The notes beneath the pieces are model-generated. The model worked only from the letters and a program-made list of their open reading frames with translations, was not told the origin of the DNA and did no database searches. A program made the translations under genes and the position numbers. Below are positions 11,823 to 20,216 of a stretch of DNA of 64,000 nucleotides, piece by piece (position 1 is the first letter of the stretch; each line of letters starts with the position of its first letter). Source of the DNA: an uncultured Acidimicrobiia bacterium (lineage in GTDB: Bacteria > Actinomycetota > Acidimicrobiia > Spongiisociales > JAENVV01); the NCBI GenBank assembly GCA_964614585.1, contig CAZTLW010000001.1, positions 4-64,003 of the forward strand. The letters are read 5' to 3'.

Positions 11823-12353
11823 TCACTTCAGGATCGACTGCCCGACACTCGCTTCGAAGGTGTTGTCCCCGAACTGGAACACACCCGAGGCGGTCGACCC
11901 GTCATCGGACGGGGTGAGCGAGACGACCTTGAAGTTGCCGGCGAAGGTGTCGCCGACCCCGACGGTGTACTCGACGTTGTCGACCTGTACGACCGCCCGG
12001 GGCACGCCGTCCACCTCATTGACGGACACGAGCCCGAAGGTCAGGCGGTCGCCGGGGTCGGTGGCGCCACCGTCACCGCCATCCGACACGAGTGGTCGGA
12101 ACGGGTCGCGTGGCTGGGCCACCTGGATCGACGTCGAGATCCGGACGCCTTCGCTGAGCGCCGCCGCCGGGGCGGCATCGGCCACCACCGTCTCGGCGTA
12201 CGCCCCGTCGAGGTTCCCGATCGCGGGGGTGTCGGCGCCCAGGACCGTCGGGGCGACGGCCCACCAGGCGGCGGCGAATCCGACCCCGATCAGGAGGATG
12301 GCGAGGGCTGTCGCCAGACCCGAGCGAGGCCGAGGGTTTGCATGCGCTGCCAT
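11823..12353 (-). CDS. pilP: PilP-like type IV pilus assembly protein
   Basis: MAAHANPRPRSGLATALAILLIGVGFAAAWW (signal anchor) ...RDPFRP (PilP-type motif). ATG sits immediately after the pilO stop and is the last gene of pilMNOP. The Arg/Pro-rich N-terminal extension of the ORF was rejected. Confidence 0.6.
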   Translation of the reverse strand: MAAHANPRPRSGLATALAILLIGVGFAAAWWAVAPTVLGADTPAIGNLDGAYAETVVADAAPAAALSEGVRISTSIQVAQPRDPFRPLVSDGGDGGATDPGDRLTFGLVSVNEVDGVPRAVVQVDNVEYTVGVGDTFAGNFKVVSLTPSDDGSTASGVFQFGDNTFEASVGQSILK

Positions 12354-12354
12354 C

Positions 12355-13041
12355 TCAGCCTCCATTCGTTTCCGCCGAGGCACCCTCGGCTTCGTCGACG
12401 GCGTCCTCCGTGTCGGAGGTGGCGTCGTCGGTGGGCGGATCGGCGTCGGACATGCCGTCCCCGCCCGTCCCGAGATCGCCTCCGGGCACGTCGACGACCG
12501 GTGCCGCAATGTCACCCGTGGTGAACGCCGTCGCCTGGATCGTCACGGTGAGCTCGACCGTGTTGTCCTCCACGGCCGGCGAGAACGCCGCCGAGTCCAG
12601 ACGGATCAGCCGGTCGAGGTCCTCCATGCCATACAGGTAGCCGAGGAGCTCGAAGTACTGGCCGGTCACCGAGACCGTCGTCTGGATTTCGTTGTAGCCG
12701 CCCTCGTCGTTCGGCGCCGGGGTGCCGAACGACGCCCCGTTCCAGGTGACGGCCGATTCCGTCGCCAGCGTCTCGAGGGCATTGATGAGCTCGCTCTGGG
12801 ATGGGCTCGCCGGGATCGACGCCTCGAGCTCGCCGACGGCGTCGATGTATTGGAGCTCGGCCTCCTGGATGCGGAGCAGCTCATTGCGCTCGGCGGTCAG
12901 CGCCGCCTCCCGCTGCTGTTCCGACTCCGTCTGGGCGGCGATCTCGTTGGTGTTGTCGATGATCGGGGAGATCACGAGGAACCAGAACCCGGCGGCGACG
13001 AGGATCGCCAGCAGGGTCCCGAGTAGCAGTCGGGCTCTCAT
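12355..13041 (-). CDS. pilO: PilO-like type IV pilus assembly protein
   Basis: MRARLLLGTLLAILVAAGFWFLVISP (single TM), coiled-coil region, acidic C-terminus. Position between pilN and pilP. Internal ATG at 13041 abuts the pilN stop. Confidence 0.7.
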   Translation of the reverse strand: MRARLLLGTLLAILVAAGFWFLVISPIIDNTNEIAAQTESEQQREAALTAERNELLRIQEAELQYIDAVGELEASIPASPSQSELINALETLATESAVTWNGASFGTPAPNDEGGYNEIQTTVSVTGQYFELLGYLYGMEDLDRLIRLDSAAFSPAVEDNTVELTVTIQATAFTTGDIAAPVVDVPGGDLGTGGDGMSDADPPTDDATSDTEDAVDEAEGASAETNGG

Positions 13042-13664
13042 TCGGCCACCTCCGGGATCCGGGTCTCGGCCCGGTCGGACAGGGCCCCACCGGTGATCGA
13101 GGTCGTCAGGTTCCAGGCGACGAGGCTCGCCTCGTCGTCCTCGTTCTGGAGCACGGATGCGGCCCAGGCCCCGGTCACCGAGTCCCAGTCCTGGGAGTCG
13201 AGGGTGAGGAGCCACGACGAGACGTCCGGGTAGTCGAACCCGGAGCCGGCCATGGCGACGCCGCCATAGACGCCGGGCGCCTCCTCGGTCGGGACCCCGG
13301 CGGTGATCGACAGCGACTCCATCCAGACCCGCTTGTCGGAGATCATCCGGCCGAAGTCGCCCAGCAGGCGGCCCCAGGCGACGTCTGCCGCCAGGGCGTG
13401 CCGGACGCGGTCGGCGCCCTGGTCGTAGTCATCACGGAGTTCCCGATAGGGCTCGAGTGCGGCGATCTCCGCCTGGAGTTGGGCGTTCTGGGCCACCTGG
13501 GCGTCGTACTCGGCCTGGGCCGTTGTCTCCTGGCCCTTGAAGAACATGAACACGGCGCCGAGGAGGGCGAGGTAGGCGATGGCCACGAAGGCCGTGCCGA
13601 TCCACCCTCGCCGGGCCTTCTGGGCCTCGGCTCGCTCCTGGGGCAGCAGGTTGATCTTCGACAT
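13038..13664 (-). CDS. pilN: PilN-like type IV pilus (fimbrial) assembly protein
   Basis: MSKINLLPQERAE... INLLP hallmark plus TM helix. Its ATG overlaps the pilM stop (ATGA); an alternative start 5 codons upstream is possible. Confidence 0.75.
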   Translation of the reverse strand: MSKINLLPQERAEAQKARRGWIGTAFVAIAYLALLGAVFMFFKGQETTAQAEYDAQVAQNAQLQAEIAALEPYRELRDDYDQGADRVRHALAADVAWGRLLGDFGRMISDKRVWMESLSITAGVPTEEAPGVYGGVAMAGSGFDYPDVSSWLLTLDSQDWDSVTGAWAASVLQNEDDEASLVAWNLTTSITGGALSDRAETRIPEVAE

Positions 13665-14746
13665 CAGACGAGCCCCCATTCGGCCAGGCCCACCGCCACC
13701 GGCAGCACCGGCTGGGCATGGGCGAGTTGTTCGTCGCTCAACCCCGTCTTGCCGACCTGGACGGACTCCCCCAACAGCTTCACCGGTGTGACGGGCATGT
13801 CGAGGGCCATCCCCATCCGGGTGGCGAGGTGTGGGAGTCGGGCAGCGTTGCCGCTGATCATGAGTTCGCCGACGGCGGCGTCGGCCGACGAGGAGTTGTA
13901 GAACTCCAGCGTCCCGCGAATCTCCTCGATCAACTGGGCCGCCTGTTCGGTGAGGATGTCGCGGGCCCGGTCGTCGGGCATGGACGACGCACCGAAGACG
14001 GCGCCCGGGTCGGCGTGGACGCCCACCCGCCGCTTGACCTCCTCGGCCTCCTCGGGAGCGATCCCGAGTCCGGTCGACAGTGCCCGGGTCATGTCGTTGC
14101 CGCCGATCGGGATGAGGCGCAGGAAGCGGAGAGTGCCGTCCTTGGTGACGATCACCTGGGTCATCCCGGCGCCGAGACTGACGACCGCCTGGGGGGCGTC
14201 CCCGAGCGGGATCCGGGCCCCGAACACCGATCGCACGAGGGCGAACGCCTGCAGGTCGACCGCGTCGACGCGGACACCGGCGGACTCGACGACGCCGAGG
14301 AACTGGTCGATCATCTCCCGTTGGGCGGCGACGACGAGGATGGCCCGTCGGGACTCCTCACCCTCGCCGCCGGGGATGTCCTCGAGCGGCACGAAGTCGA
14401 GGATCGCGTCCTCGGTCGCCATGGGGATGTGCTCGCCGACGTGCTGGGGCAGCGAAGCCCGGAGGGCCTCGTCGCTCATGTCGGGGACCTCCACCCGGCG
14501 GACGATGATCCGCTGGTTGGCGAGTCCCATGACGACGCCCTTCTTGGGTAGCTTCGACGACTTCCAGAGGCGCGAGACGGCGTCCGCCACCACGGCCGGG
14601 TCGACGATCTCACCGCCTTCCACGGCCCCCTTGGGGAGGCCGACCTCCCCGTACTTGCGGAGCACGGGGGCGCCCTTCTTGCCTCCTTGCAGCACGGCAG
14701 CCCTTACGGCGCTCGTGCCGATGTCGAGGCCGACTGTGGCAGTCAT
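13664..14746 (-). CDS. pilM: type IV pilus assembly protein PilM (actin-like ATPase fold)
   Basis: 360 aa, MTATVGLDIGTSAVRAAVL... PilM/FtsA-like family. Heads a pilMNOP operon with overlapping stops and starts. Confidence 0.85.
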   Translation of the reverse strand: MTATVGLDIGTSAVRAAVLQGGKKGAPVLRKYGEVGLPKGAVEGGEIVDPAVVADAVSRLWKSSKLPKKGVVMGLANQRIIVRRVEVPDMSDEALRASLPQHVGEHIPMATEDAILDFVPLEDIPGGEGEESRRAILVVAAQREMIDQFLGVVESAGVRVDAVDLQAFALVRSVFGARIPLGDAPQAVVSLGAGMTQVIVTKDGTLRFLRLIPIGGNDMTRALSTGLGIAPEEAEEVKRRVGVHADPGAVFGASSMPDDRARDILTEQAAQLIEEIRGTLEFYNSSSADAAVGELMISGNAARLPHLATRMGMALDMPVTPVKLLGESVQVGKTGLSDEQLAHAQPVLPVAVGLAEWGLV

Positions 14747-14882
14747 GCCCTCCTCCTGGGTTCGGTCGCGTTCAGGGTCACACGGCTCCGTACATGGGTG
14801 TAATTACCGTTCTGTGATTTCGGAGCGTAGTGGGTGGGTCCGATCGCACCAACGATCGGGGACCCGGCGTCGCGGGATCCGC
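14747..14882 (-). promoter_or_regulatory. putative pilMNOP promoter / 5' leader; also holds a hairpin after the pilD stop
   Basis: Comparatively AT-richer tract gtgtaattaccgttctgtgatttcgg. SD aggaggag precedes the pilM ATG on the minus strand. Hairpin ccgatcg-ttggtg-cgatcgg lies just downstream of the pilD stop. Confidence 0.35.
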
Positions 14883-15695
14883 TCAGCCGAGATAGAGGTC
14901 GAGGAGCTCCGTGCCCGCCACGGTCGCCACCCATGCGGCGACGATCATCGGCGGCCCGAAGGCGAGGTGGTCCTTGCGGCCCCGCCGGCGCAACACCAGC
15001 AGCACGATCGCCGCCAACCCGCCGATCAGGAACGAACCGAATATCGCCACGCCCACCGAGCCGAGCGCTTCGAGCGCTCCCACGGTCGGCTGGCGCACCT
15101 GGAAGGCCACGAAGAGGCCCAACAGGAACGAGAGCTTCACGTCCCCGAAGCCGAAGCCGCCCGGTACCGCGAGGGCCAGGACGAGCATCACCGCGAAGTA
15201 GAGCGCTGCCCCGGCGAAGGCCCACCCCAGCCGGTCGGCGGTCGTCGAGGCGAACGACCCGGCCACCAGCAGCAGCGTCGCCACCACGGTCCCCGGGTAG
15301 ACGATGCGATTCGGCAGTCGGTGCGTGTCCAGGTCGGTGAGGATCAGCGCCACCGTCATCGAGAGCGCCCAGAGGTGGGCGGGCAGCTCCCAGCGGAAGC
15401 CGATGAGCAGCGTCGCCGCCGCCCACAGCAGGCCGGTCGCCAACTCGACCGCCGGGTAGCGCCACGAGATCGGCGCCCGGCAGTGACGGCACTTCCCCAC
15501 CAACAACAACCAGCCGACCACCGGCAGCAGGTCGATCGGCCCGATCGCGTGACCGCAGGCGGGACAATGGGAGCGTCCCATCACCGAGCGGCCGAGCGGG
15601 ATCCGGTAGGCCACCACGTTCACGAACGAGCCGGTCGCCAGGCCGAAGAGGCCCATCGCCGTCGGCCAGAACCAGAGGGGCAGGTCGGCGGTCAT
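14883..15695 (-). CDS. pilD: prepilin peptidase PilD (A24 family aspartic peptidase / N-methyltransferase)
   Basis: 270 aa, N-terminal CPACGH...CRHCRAPI zinc-binding cysteines, multiple TM helices, GFGDVKL-type motif. Confidence 0.85.
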   Translation of the reverse strand: MTADLPLWFWPTAMGLFGLATGSFVNVVAYRIPLGRSVMGRSHCPACGHAIGPIDLLPVVGWLLLVGKCRHCRAPISWRYPAVELATGLLWAAATLLIGFRWELPAHLWALSMTVALILTDLDTHRLPNRIVYPGTVVATLLLVAGSFASTTADRLGWAFAGAALYFAVMLVLALAVPGGFGFGDVKLSFLLGLFVAFQVRQPTVGALEALGSVGVAIFGSFLIGGLAAIVLLVLRRRGRKDHLAFGPPMIVAAWVATVAGTELLDLYLG

Positions 15696-15907
15696 CGGCC
15701 GCGCACCCTAGGGGGGCGTCCGGTCGCGCCGACGCCTTTGGGTCGGTCGTCGCCGTGGTCGCCTCGAGGTCGTGGTGGTGCATGCGTTCCGCTCATTCGC
15801 CGGGCCTCCCAACCCACGAGTGGGTATCGGAGCAAGTCGCGAAACCTTGAGGAGGAACCCTGCCGGGCAGGACTGCGGAACCGCACGACCACCGAGCTCG
15901 GGTCTCG

Positions 15908-15958
15908 GCGGCCCGGGGCAACCGCCAGACGCGAACCGCCCCGGGCCGGTTGGCCCGG
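15908..15958 (-). terminator. intrinsic terminator-like GC hairpin(s) downstream of pilA1
   Basis: cggcccgggg...ccccgggccg 10-bp stem, and ccgggcc-ggtt-ggcccgg perfect 7-bp stem, within 100 nt after the pilA1 stop. Confidence 0.5.
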
Positions 15959-16002
15959 GGCGAGTTCCGTGGTCCCGTGGTTCCGCGGTTCGAGTCGTGT
16001 CG

Positions 16003-16476
16003 CTAGTCCCATCCGCCGACGCACTCGGCGAGGGTGTCGAGCGACGCTCCTCCGGTGAGCGACCGGCCGAAGCGGGTGCCGGTGTTGGAACCGCTCACCT
16101 CGTCGGCGAGGCAGTACCACTCACCCGACTCACTGGCGGTCAGGAAGATGACTGCCTGGTCGGCGGTGCCATCGGTGTTCGGCAGGATCAGGAAGCCGAC
16201 CTGGTCGTCGGCCGGGGCATTGCCGGCCACGAACTCGAGGTTGGCGTGGACGTCGTCGAGGTCGGCGACGGCGAAGCCGTAGTCCTCCTCGTCGGTGTAG
16301 TAGACGCGGGCGGCGGTGAGCGCATTTCGCAAGTCGCTCTGGGCCGACCGGTCCTGGGCTCGGACGCGGGCTCCAAGGAAGACCGGGATGGCGATCGCCA
16401 GGAGAATGGCGATGATCAGGACGACCACCATCAACTCGATCAGCGTGAAGCCCTCGTCCCGCTTGATGCGGGCCAT
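16003..16476 (-). CDS. pilA: type IV major pilin (PilA-type), prepilin with class III signal peptide
   Basis: MARIKRDEG|FTLIELMVVVLIIAILLAIAIP: prepilin cleavage/methylation motif (G-FTLIE). C-terminal Cys pair (disulfide loop). 157 aa. Confidence 0.9.
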   Translation of the reverse strand: MARIKRDEGFTLIELMVVVLIIAILLAIAIPVFLGARVRAQDRSAQSDLRNALTAARVYYTDEEDYGFAVADLDDVHANLEFVAGNAPADDQVGFLILPNTDGTADQAVIFLTASESGEWYCLADEVSGSNTGTRFGRSLTGGASLDTLAECVGGWD

Positions 16477-16548
16477 GGGTTCCCCTCACTCTGGGTTGTC
16501 GAAGTGACCATCGGCCGTGGCGGCCGATTCCTTTAGCCCGAACGCGTC

Positions 16549-16576
16549 GAGGGCGGGGGCCGAAGCCCCCGCCCTC
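16549..16576 (-). terminator. intrinsic terminator hairpin after pilA2
   Basis: gagggcgggggc-cgaa-gcccccgccctc: perfect 12-bp GC stem with a 4-nt loop, 25 nt downstream of the pilA2 stop. Confidence 0.65.
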
Positions 16577-16600
16577 GGACGGTCTAGCTGATGGGTCGGA

Positions 16601-17101
16601 CTACCAGGAGGCGCCGTTGCACTCGCCGGCGGTGTCGACATCGACGAGTGCCGTCTCGCTCGAGGCGAAGAACGTGCCGGAACCGGCACCGGTCGCCGTC
16701 TCGTTGATGCAGAACCAGGTCCCCGACGCCGACTGCTTGGCGAAGGTGATCTGCTGGCGATCGGTACCGGCAACGCTCTCGACCGCATAGCCGACGTTGT
16801 CGGCATCGGACGCAGCGATGGCCACGAACTGCAGGCTCGGCTCGATCGCCTCGAGCTGGGCCACGGTGACGTCGGCCCCAGCGCCGTCCGAGAAGTCCTC
16901 GGTGTCCGTGTAGTGCACCTTCGCCGCCGTGAGGGCGTTCCGAAGGTCCGACTGGGCGGCCCGGTCCTGGGCACGCTCACGGGCACCGAGGAAGGTCGGG
17001 ATGGCGATGGCAATCAGGATGGCGATGATGAGCACCACGACCATCAGCTCGATGAGGGTGAAGCCCTCATCCTTCTTCAGCTGGTTGCGGATCCACGACA
17101 T
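16601..17101 (-). CDS. pilA: type IV pilin paralog (PilA-type), prepilin
   Basis: MSWIRNQLKKDEG|FTLIELMVVVLIIAILIAIAIP... N-terminal 40 aa nearly identical to pilA1, with a C-terminal Cys pair. ~166 aa at the C-terminal end of ORF 16601..17887; the rest of that ORF is antisense to pilC and was rejected. Confidence 0.88.
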   Translation of the reverse strand: MSWIRNQLKKDEGFTLIELMVVVLIIAILIAIAIPTFLGARERAQDRAAQSDLRNALTAAKVHYTDTEDFSDGAGADVTVAQLEAIEPSLQFVAIAASDADNVGYAVESVAGTDRQQITFAKQSASGTWFCINETATGAGSGTFFASSETALVDVDTAGECNGASW

Positions 17102-17343
17102 GTTGTCGTACTCCTTTGTTTGCGTATGGGCGTTGGCGCCCCTTCTCCGATGGTGGATATCGGGGCCGGAGCGCCGGTTCTTGAGGACTTTTCTTCGACG
17201 CTCCGTGGTCGAAGGACCACGCAGCAACCCGACGCGAGACCACGGGATCCGGCATGGGCGCCGGTACCCGATACCCGAGACCGCGCCACGCGCCGGGGCC
17301 CCGACCGATCGGCCGGGGCCCCGTCCGTCGCAGGCGCCAGCGC
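17102..17343 (-). promoter_or_regulatory. pilA2 promoter / leader region (242-bp intergenic)
   Basis: Largest intergenic gap in the pil cluster. SD aggag lies 7 nt before the pilA2 ATG. A separate terminator after pilA2 implies independent, probably high-level transcription of the pilins. Confidence 0.4.
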
Positions 17344-18567
17344 CTACTGGACCAGGTTGACGATGTTGAACATCGGCAGGTAGAGGGCGATGAGCATGCC
17401 GCCGACCACGCCGCCGAGCACCACGATGAGGAGCGGCTCGATGAGGCTCGTGAGCCCCTCGACCATCGTCTCGACCTCGTTGTCGTAGAACTCGCCGATC
17501 TTCTCGAGCATCGTGTCGAGGGCGCCGGTCTCCTCGCCGACGGCCACCATCTGGACGACCATCGGCGGGAAGATCTTCCGCTCGGCCATCGGCTTGGCGA
17601 TCGACTCGCCCTCCGAGACCGAGGCCCGGGAGGCCATCACGGCTTCCTCGACCACGGCGTTGCCCGAGGTCTCCGCCACGATCTCCATGGCCTGGAGGAT
17701 CGGGACACCGCTCTTGGTGAGGGCGGCCATCGTCTGGGCGAATCGGGCGAGTGCGGACTTGTGGATGAGCTTGCCGAAGATGGGCATGCGGAGCTTGATG
17801 CTGTCCCAGGCGTAGCGGCCGCCCTCGGTCTGCTTCCACCGCCGGAACACGACCCAACTCACGATCCCACCGAGGACGGCGACCCACCAGAACGAGGTGA
17901 GGAAGCCCGAGATGGCCAGCAGGATCTGGGTGGGCACCGGCAGCGACGCCCCACCGAGGTCGGCGTAGAGGCCGTCGAACATCGGGACGATGAAGATGAG
18001 CATGGCGGCGGTGATCAGCACCACGAGCACCGCCACGGCCATCGGGTACATCATCGCCGAGCGGATCTTGTTCTTCAGCGCAACCTGGGCCTCGAGCGTG
18101 TCGGCGAGGCGGAGCAGGGAGTCGTCGAGGAGGCCGCCCGTCTCGCCGGATCGCACCATCGAGACGTAGAGCTTGCTGAACACCTTCGGGTGGGCCTCGA
18201 GGGCCTGGCTGAGGCTCTTGCCCTGCTCCACGTCCGTCTTCACGCCGAGGATCACCTCGGCGAGTGTCGTGTTCTCGGTCTGCTCGGCGAGGATCGAGAG
18301 CGCCCGCAGCAGCGAGAGACCCGACGCGATCATCGTGGCGAACTGGCGGCTGAAGACCGCCACCTCCTTGGCGGCCACCCGGTCGGTGATCCCGGGGATG
18401 CGGACCTCGCCGCTCAGCCCCGCCGCATCGGTCTCCTCGAGGGTGACCGGCTTGAGCCCCTTCTGGGCGAGCTCGCGGGCGGCCGCCTCGGCGTTGACGG
18501 CCGACACCTTCCCGTTCTTGACCCGGCCCTTGTCGTCCTGGGCCTTGTAGGCGTATGTCGTGGCCAT
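17344..18567 (-). CDS. pilC: type IV pilus inner-membrane platform protein PilC (GspF family)
   Basis: 407 aa, two GspF-type repeats, ...MMYPMAVAVLVVLITAAML...PILQAMEIVAETSGN... Confidence 0.9.
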   Translation of the reverse strand: MATTYAYKAQDDKGRVKNGKVSAVNAEAAARELAQKGLKPVTLEETDAAGLSGEVRIPGITDRVAAKEVAVFSRQFATMIASGLSLLRALSILAEQTENTTLAEVILGVKTDVEQGKSLSQALEAHPKVFSKLYVSMVRSGETGGLLDDSLLRLADTLEAQVALKNKIRSAMMYPMAVAVLVVLITAAMLIFIVPMFDGLYADLGGASLPVPTQILLAISGFLTSFWWVAVLGGIVSWVVFRRWKQTEGGRYAWDSIKLRMPIFGKLIHKSALARFAQTMAALTKSGVPILQAMEIVAETSGNAVVEEAVMASRASVSEGESIAKPMAERKIFPPMVVQMVAVGEETGALDTMLEKIGEFYDNEVETMVEGLTSLIEPLLIVVLGGVVGGMLIALYLPMFNIVNLVQ

Positions 18568-18577
18568 GGGCTACCTC

Positions 18578-20170
18578 CTAGGCGACGCGTCCGAGCAGGC
18601 GCCGCAGGTCCTCGATGTTGGTGCAGCGCTCGACTGCGGTGTCGAAGTCGATGACGTTCTGGCGGACCAGGTGCGCGAGCGACTGGTCCATCGTCTGCAT
18701 GCCGTGCTTGCCGCCGGCCTGCATCGCGGTGGTGATCTGGTGGATCTTCGCCTCCCGGATGAGGTTCCGGATCGCCGGCGTCGCCAGCATCACCTCGGTC
18801 GCCACCGCCCGCGAGCGGCGGTCACGCGTGGGCAGGAGCTGCTGGGTGACGATCGCCTGGATCGTCGCGGCCAACTGGACCCGCACCTGCGACTGCTGGT
18901 GGCTGGGGAACACGTCGATGATCCGGTCGATCGACTGGGGGGCGTCCTGGGTGTGCAGGGTGGCGAACACGAGGTGGCCGGTCTCGGCGGCGGTCAGCGC
19001 GGTCTGGATCGTCTCGAGGTCGCGCATCTCGCCCACGAGGATCACGTCGGGGTCCTGGCGCAGGGCGTGCTTGAGGGCGGCGCCGAAGTCCATGGTGTCC
19101 GCACCCACCTCGCGCTGGTTCACCAGCGCCCGCTTGTGGGTGTGGACGAACTCGATCGGGTCCTCGATCGTGAGGATGTGGCACGACCGCCGCAGGTTGA
19201 TCTGGTCGATGATCGATGCCAAGGTCGTCGACTTGCCCGAACCGGTCGGCCCGGTGACGAGCACGAGCCCGCGGGGATACTCGGCAAACCCGTCGAGCAC
19301 CTTCGGGAGGCCGAGCTCCCCGAGCGGCTTGACCACCTCGGGGATGGCCCGGAAGACGGCGCCGACGGCGTCGCGCTGGAAGAAGACGTTCATCCGGAAG
19401 CGGGCATGGCCGGGCACGGGGTGGGAAGCGTCGAGTTCGAGCGTGTTCTCCAGCGTCTCGCGCTGCTTCTCGGTGAGGATCGAGTAGATCATGGCCCGCA
19501 ACTCGGCCGGGGTGAGGACGTCGTAGTCCTCCAGCGCCGTGAGGTGCCCATTGATGCGCACGATCGGCTTGGTGCCGGCGGTCAGGTGCAGGTCGGAGCC
19601 GGCCCGTTCGAGCAACTCGAGGAGCAGCGTGTTCGGATGGACCCGGGGGATCTCGTCCTGGCGGGCCGCGGCGATGCGTTCGGCGTCCCCGCCGACCCCG
19701 GGGGGGAGTTCGACGCCGAAGATCCCGTCGATCGCCTTCTCGATGGCTCGCGCCGGGGCGACGGCGACCCGGATGCCACACCCGGCCCGTGCCTCCACCC
19801 GGTCGAGGACCTCCTCGTCGTAGGGGTCGGCGACGGCCACCTTCAGCTCGTTGCCGACCATCTCGATCGGCACGACCTGGAGGGCGCGGCAGGTGTCGGC
19901 GTCGAGGCGGTGGACGATGTCGGGGGCGAAGATGATGCCCTCGAGGTCGACGTACTCGAGGCCCACCCGGGCGGCGAAGACCCGGACGAGGTCCGCCTCG
20001 AGCACCAGGCCCTCGGAGACGACGAGCTCGTCGAACGAGGTGCCGGTCTCCTCCTCGAGGGCGAGCAGTCGCTCGAGTTGGTCGCGCGAGAGGAGACGCT
20101 GGTCGACCAGCAGTTCGCCGAGGGTTCGTGAGTGGTTCGCCATGTCCCGTTGCTCCTTCGTCCGTACCAA
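18578..20170 (-). CDS. pilT: twitching-motility retraction ATPase PilT with N-terminal MshEN/T2SSE_N-like domain
   Basis: C-terminal region carries Walker A GPTGSGKSTT, IEDPIEF, and AIRNLIREAK (PilT/PilU signature). The N-terminal ~170 aa has tandem RTLGELLVDQRLLSRDQLERLL / FDELVVSEGLVLEADLVRVFAARVGL motifs resembling MshEN. Start may be the ATG at 20143. Confidence 0.85.
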   Translation of the reverse strand: MVRTKEQRDMANHSRTLGELLVDQRLLSRDQLERLLALEEETGTSFDELVVSEGLVLEADLVRVFAARVGLEYVDLEGIIFAPDIVHRLDADTCRALQVVPIEMVGNELKVAVADPYDEEVLDRVEARAGCGIRVAVAPARAIEKAIDGIFGVELPPGVGGDAERIAAARQDEIPRVHPNTLLLELLERAGSDLHLTAGTKPIVRINGHLTALEDYDVLTPAELRAMIYSILTEKQRETLENTLELDASHPVPGHARFRMNVFFQRDAVGAVFRAIPEVVKPLGELGLPKVLDGFAEYPRGLVLVTGPTGSGKSTTLASIIDQINLRRSCHILTIEDPIEFVHTHKRALVNQREVGADTMDFGAALKHALRQDPDVILVGEMRDLETIQTALTAAETGHLVFATLHTQDAPQSIDRIIDVFPSHQQSQVRVQLAATIQAIVTQQLLPTRDRRSRAVATEVMLATPAIRNLIREAKIHQITTAMQAGGKHGMQTMDQSLAHLVRQNVIDFDTAVERCTNIEDLRRLLGRVA

Positions 20171-20216
20171 GTGTCGGTCGCCGAGTCGCCTACCTTGAGG
20201 GGCGACTCCGGCCGAC

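Noticed and set aside
14743-15783. 346-aa minus-strand ORF overlapping pilD in another frame
   Set aside because: Out-of-frame overlap with the well-supported prepilin peptidase gene. Arg/Gly/Pro-rich.
15975-16002. ggttcgagtc T-loop-like motif (possible tRNA)
   Set aside because: Flanking bases cannot form T-stem, acceptor stem or anticodon arm. No CCA or cloverleaf.
17254-18654. 466-aa plus-strand ORF
   Set aside because: Antisense to pilC, which has an unambiguous GspF-family match.
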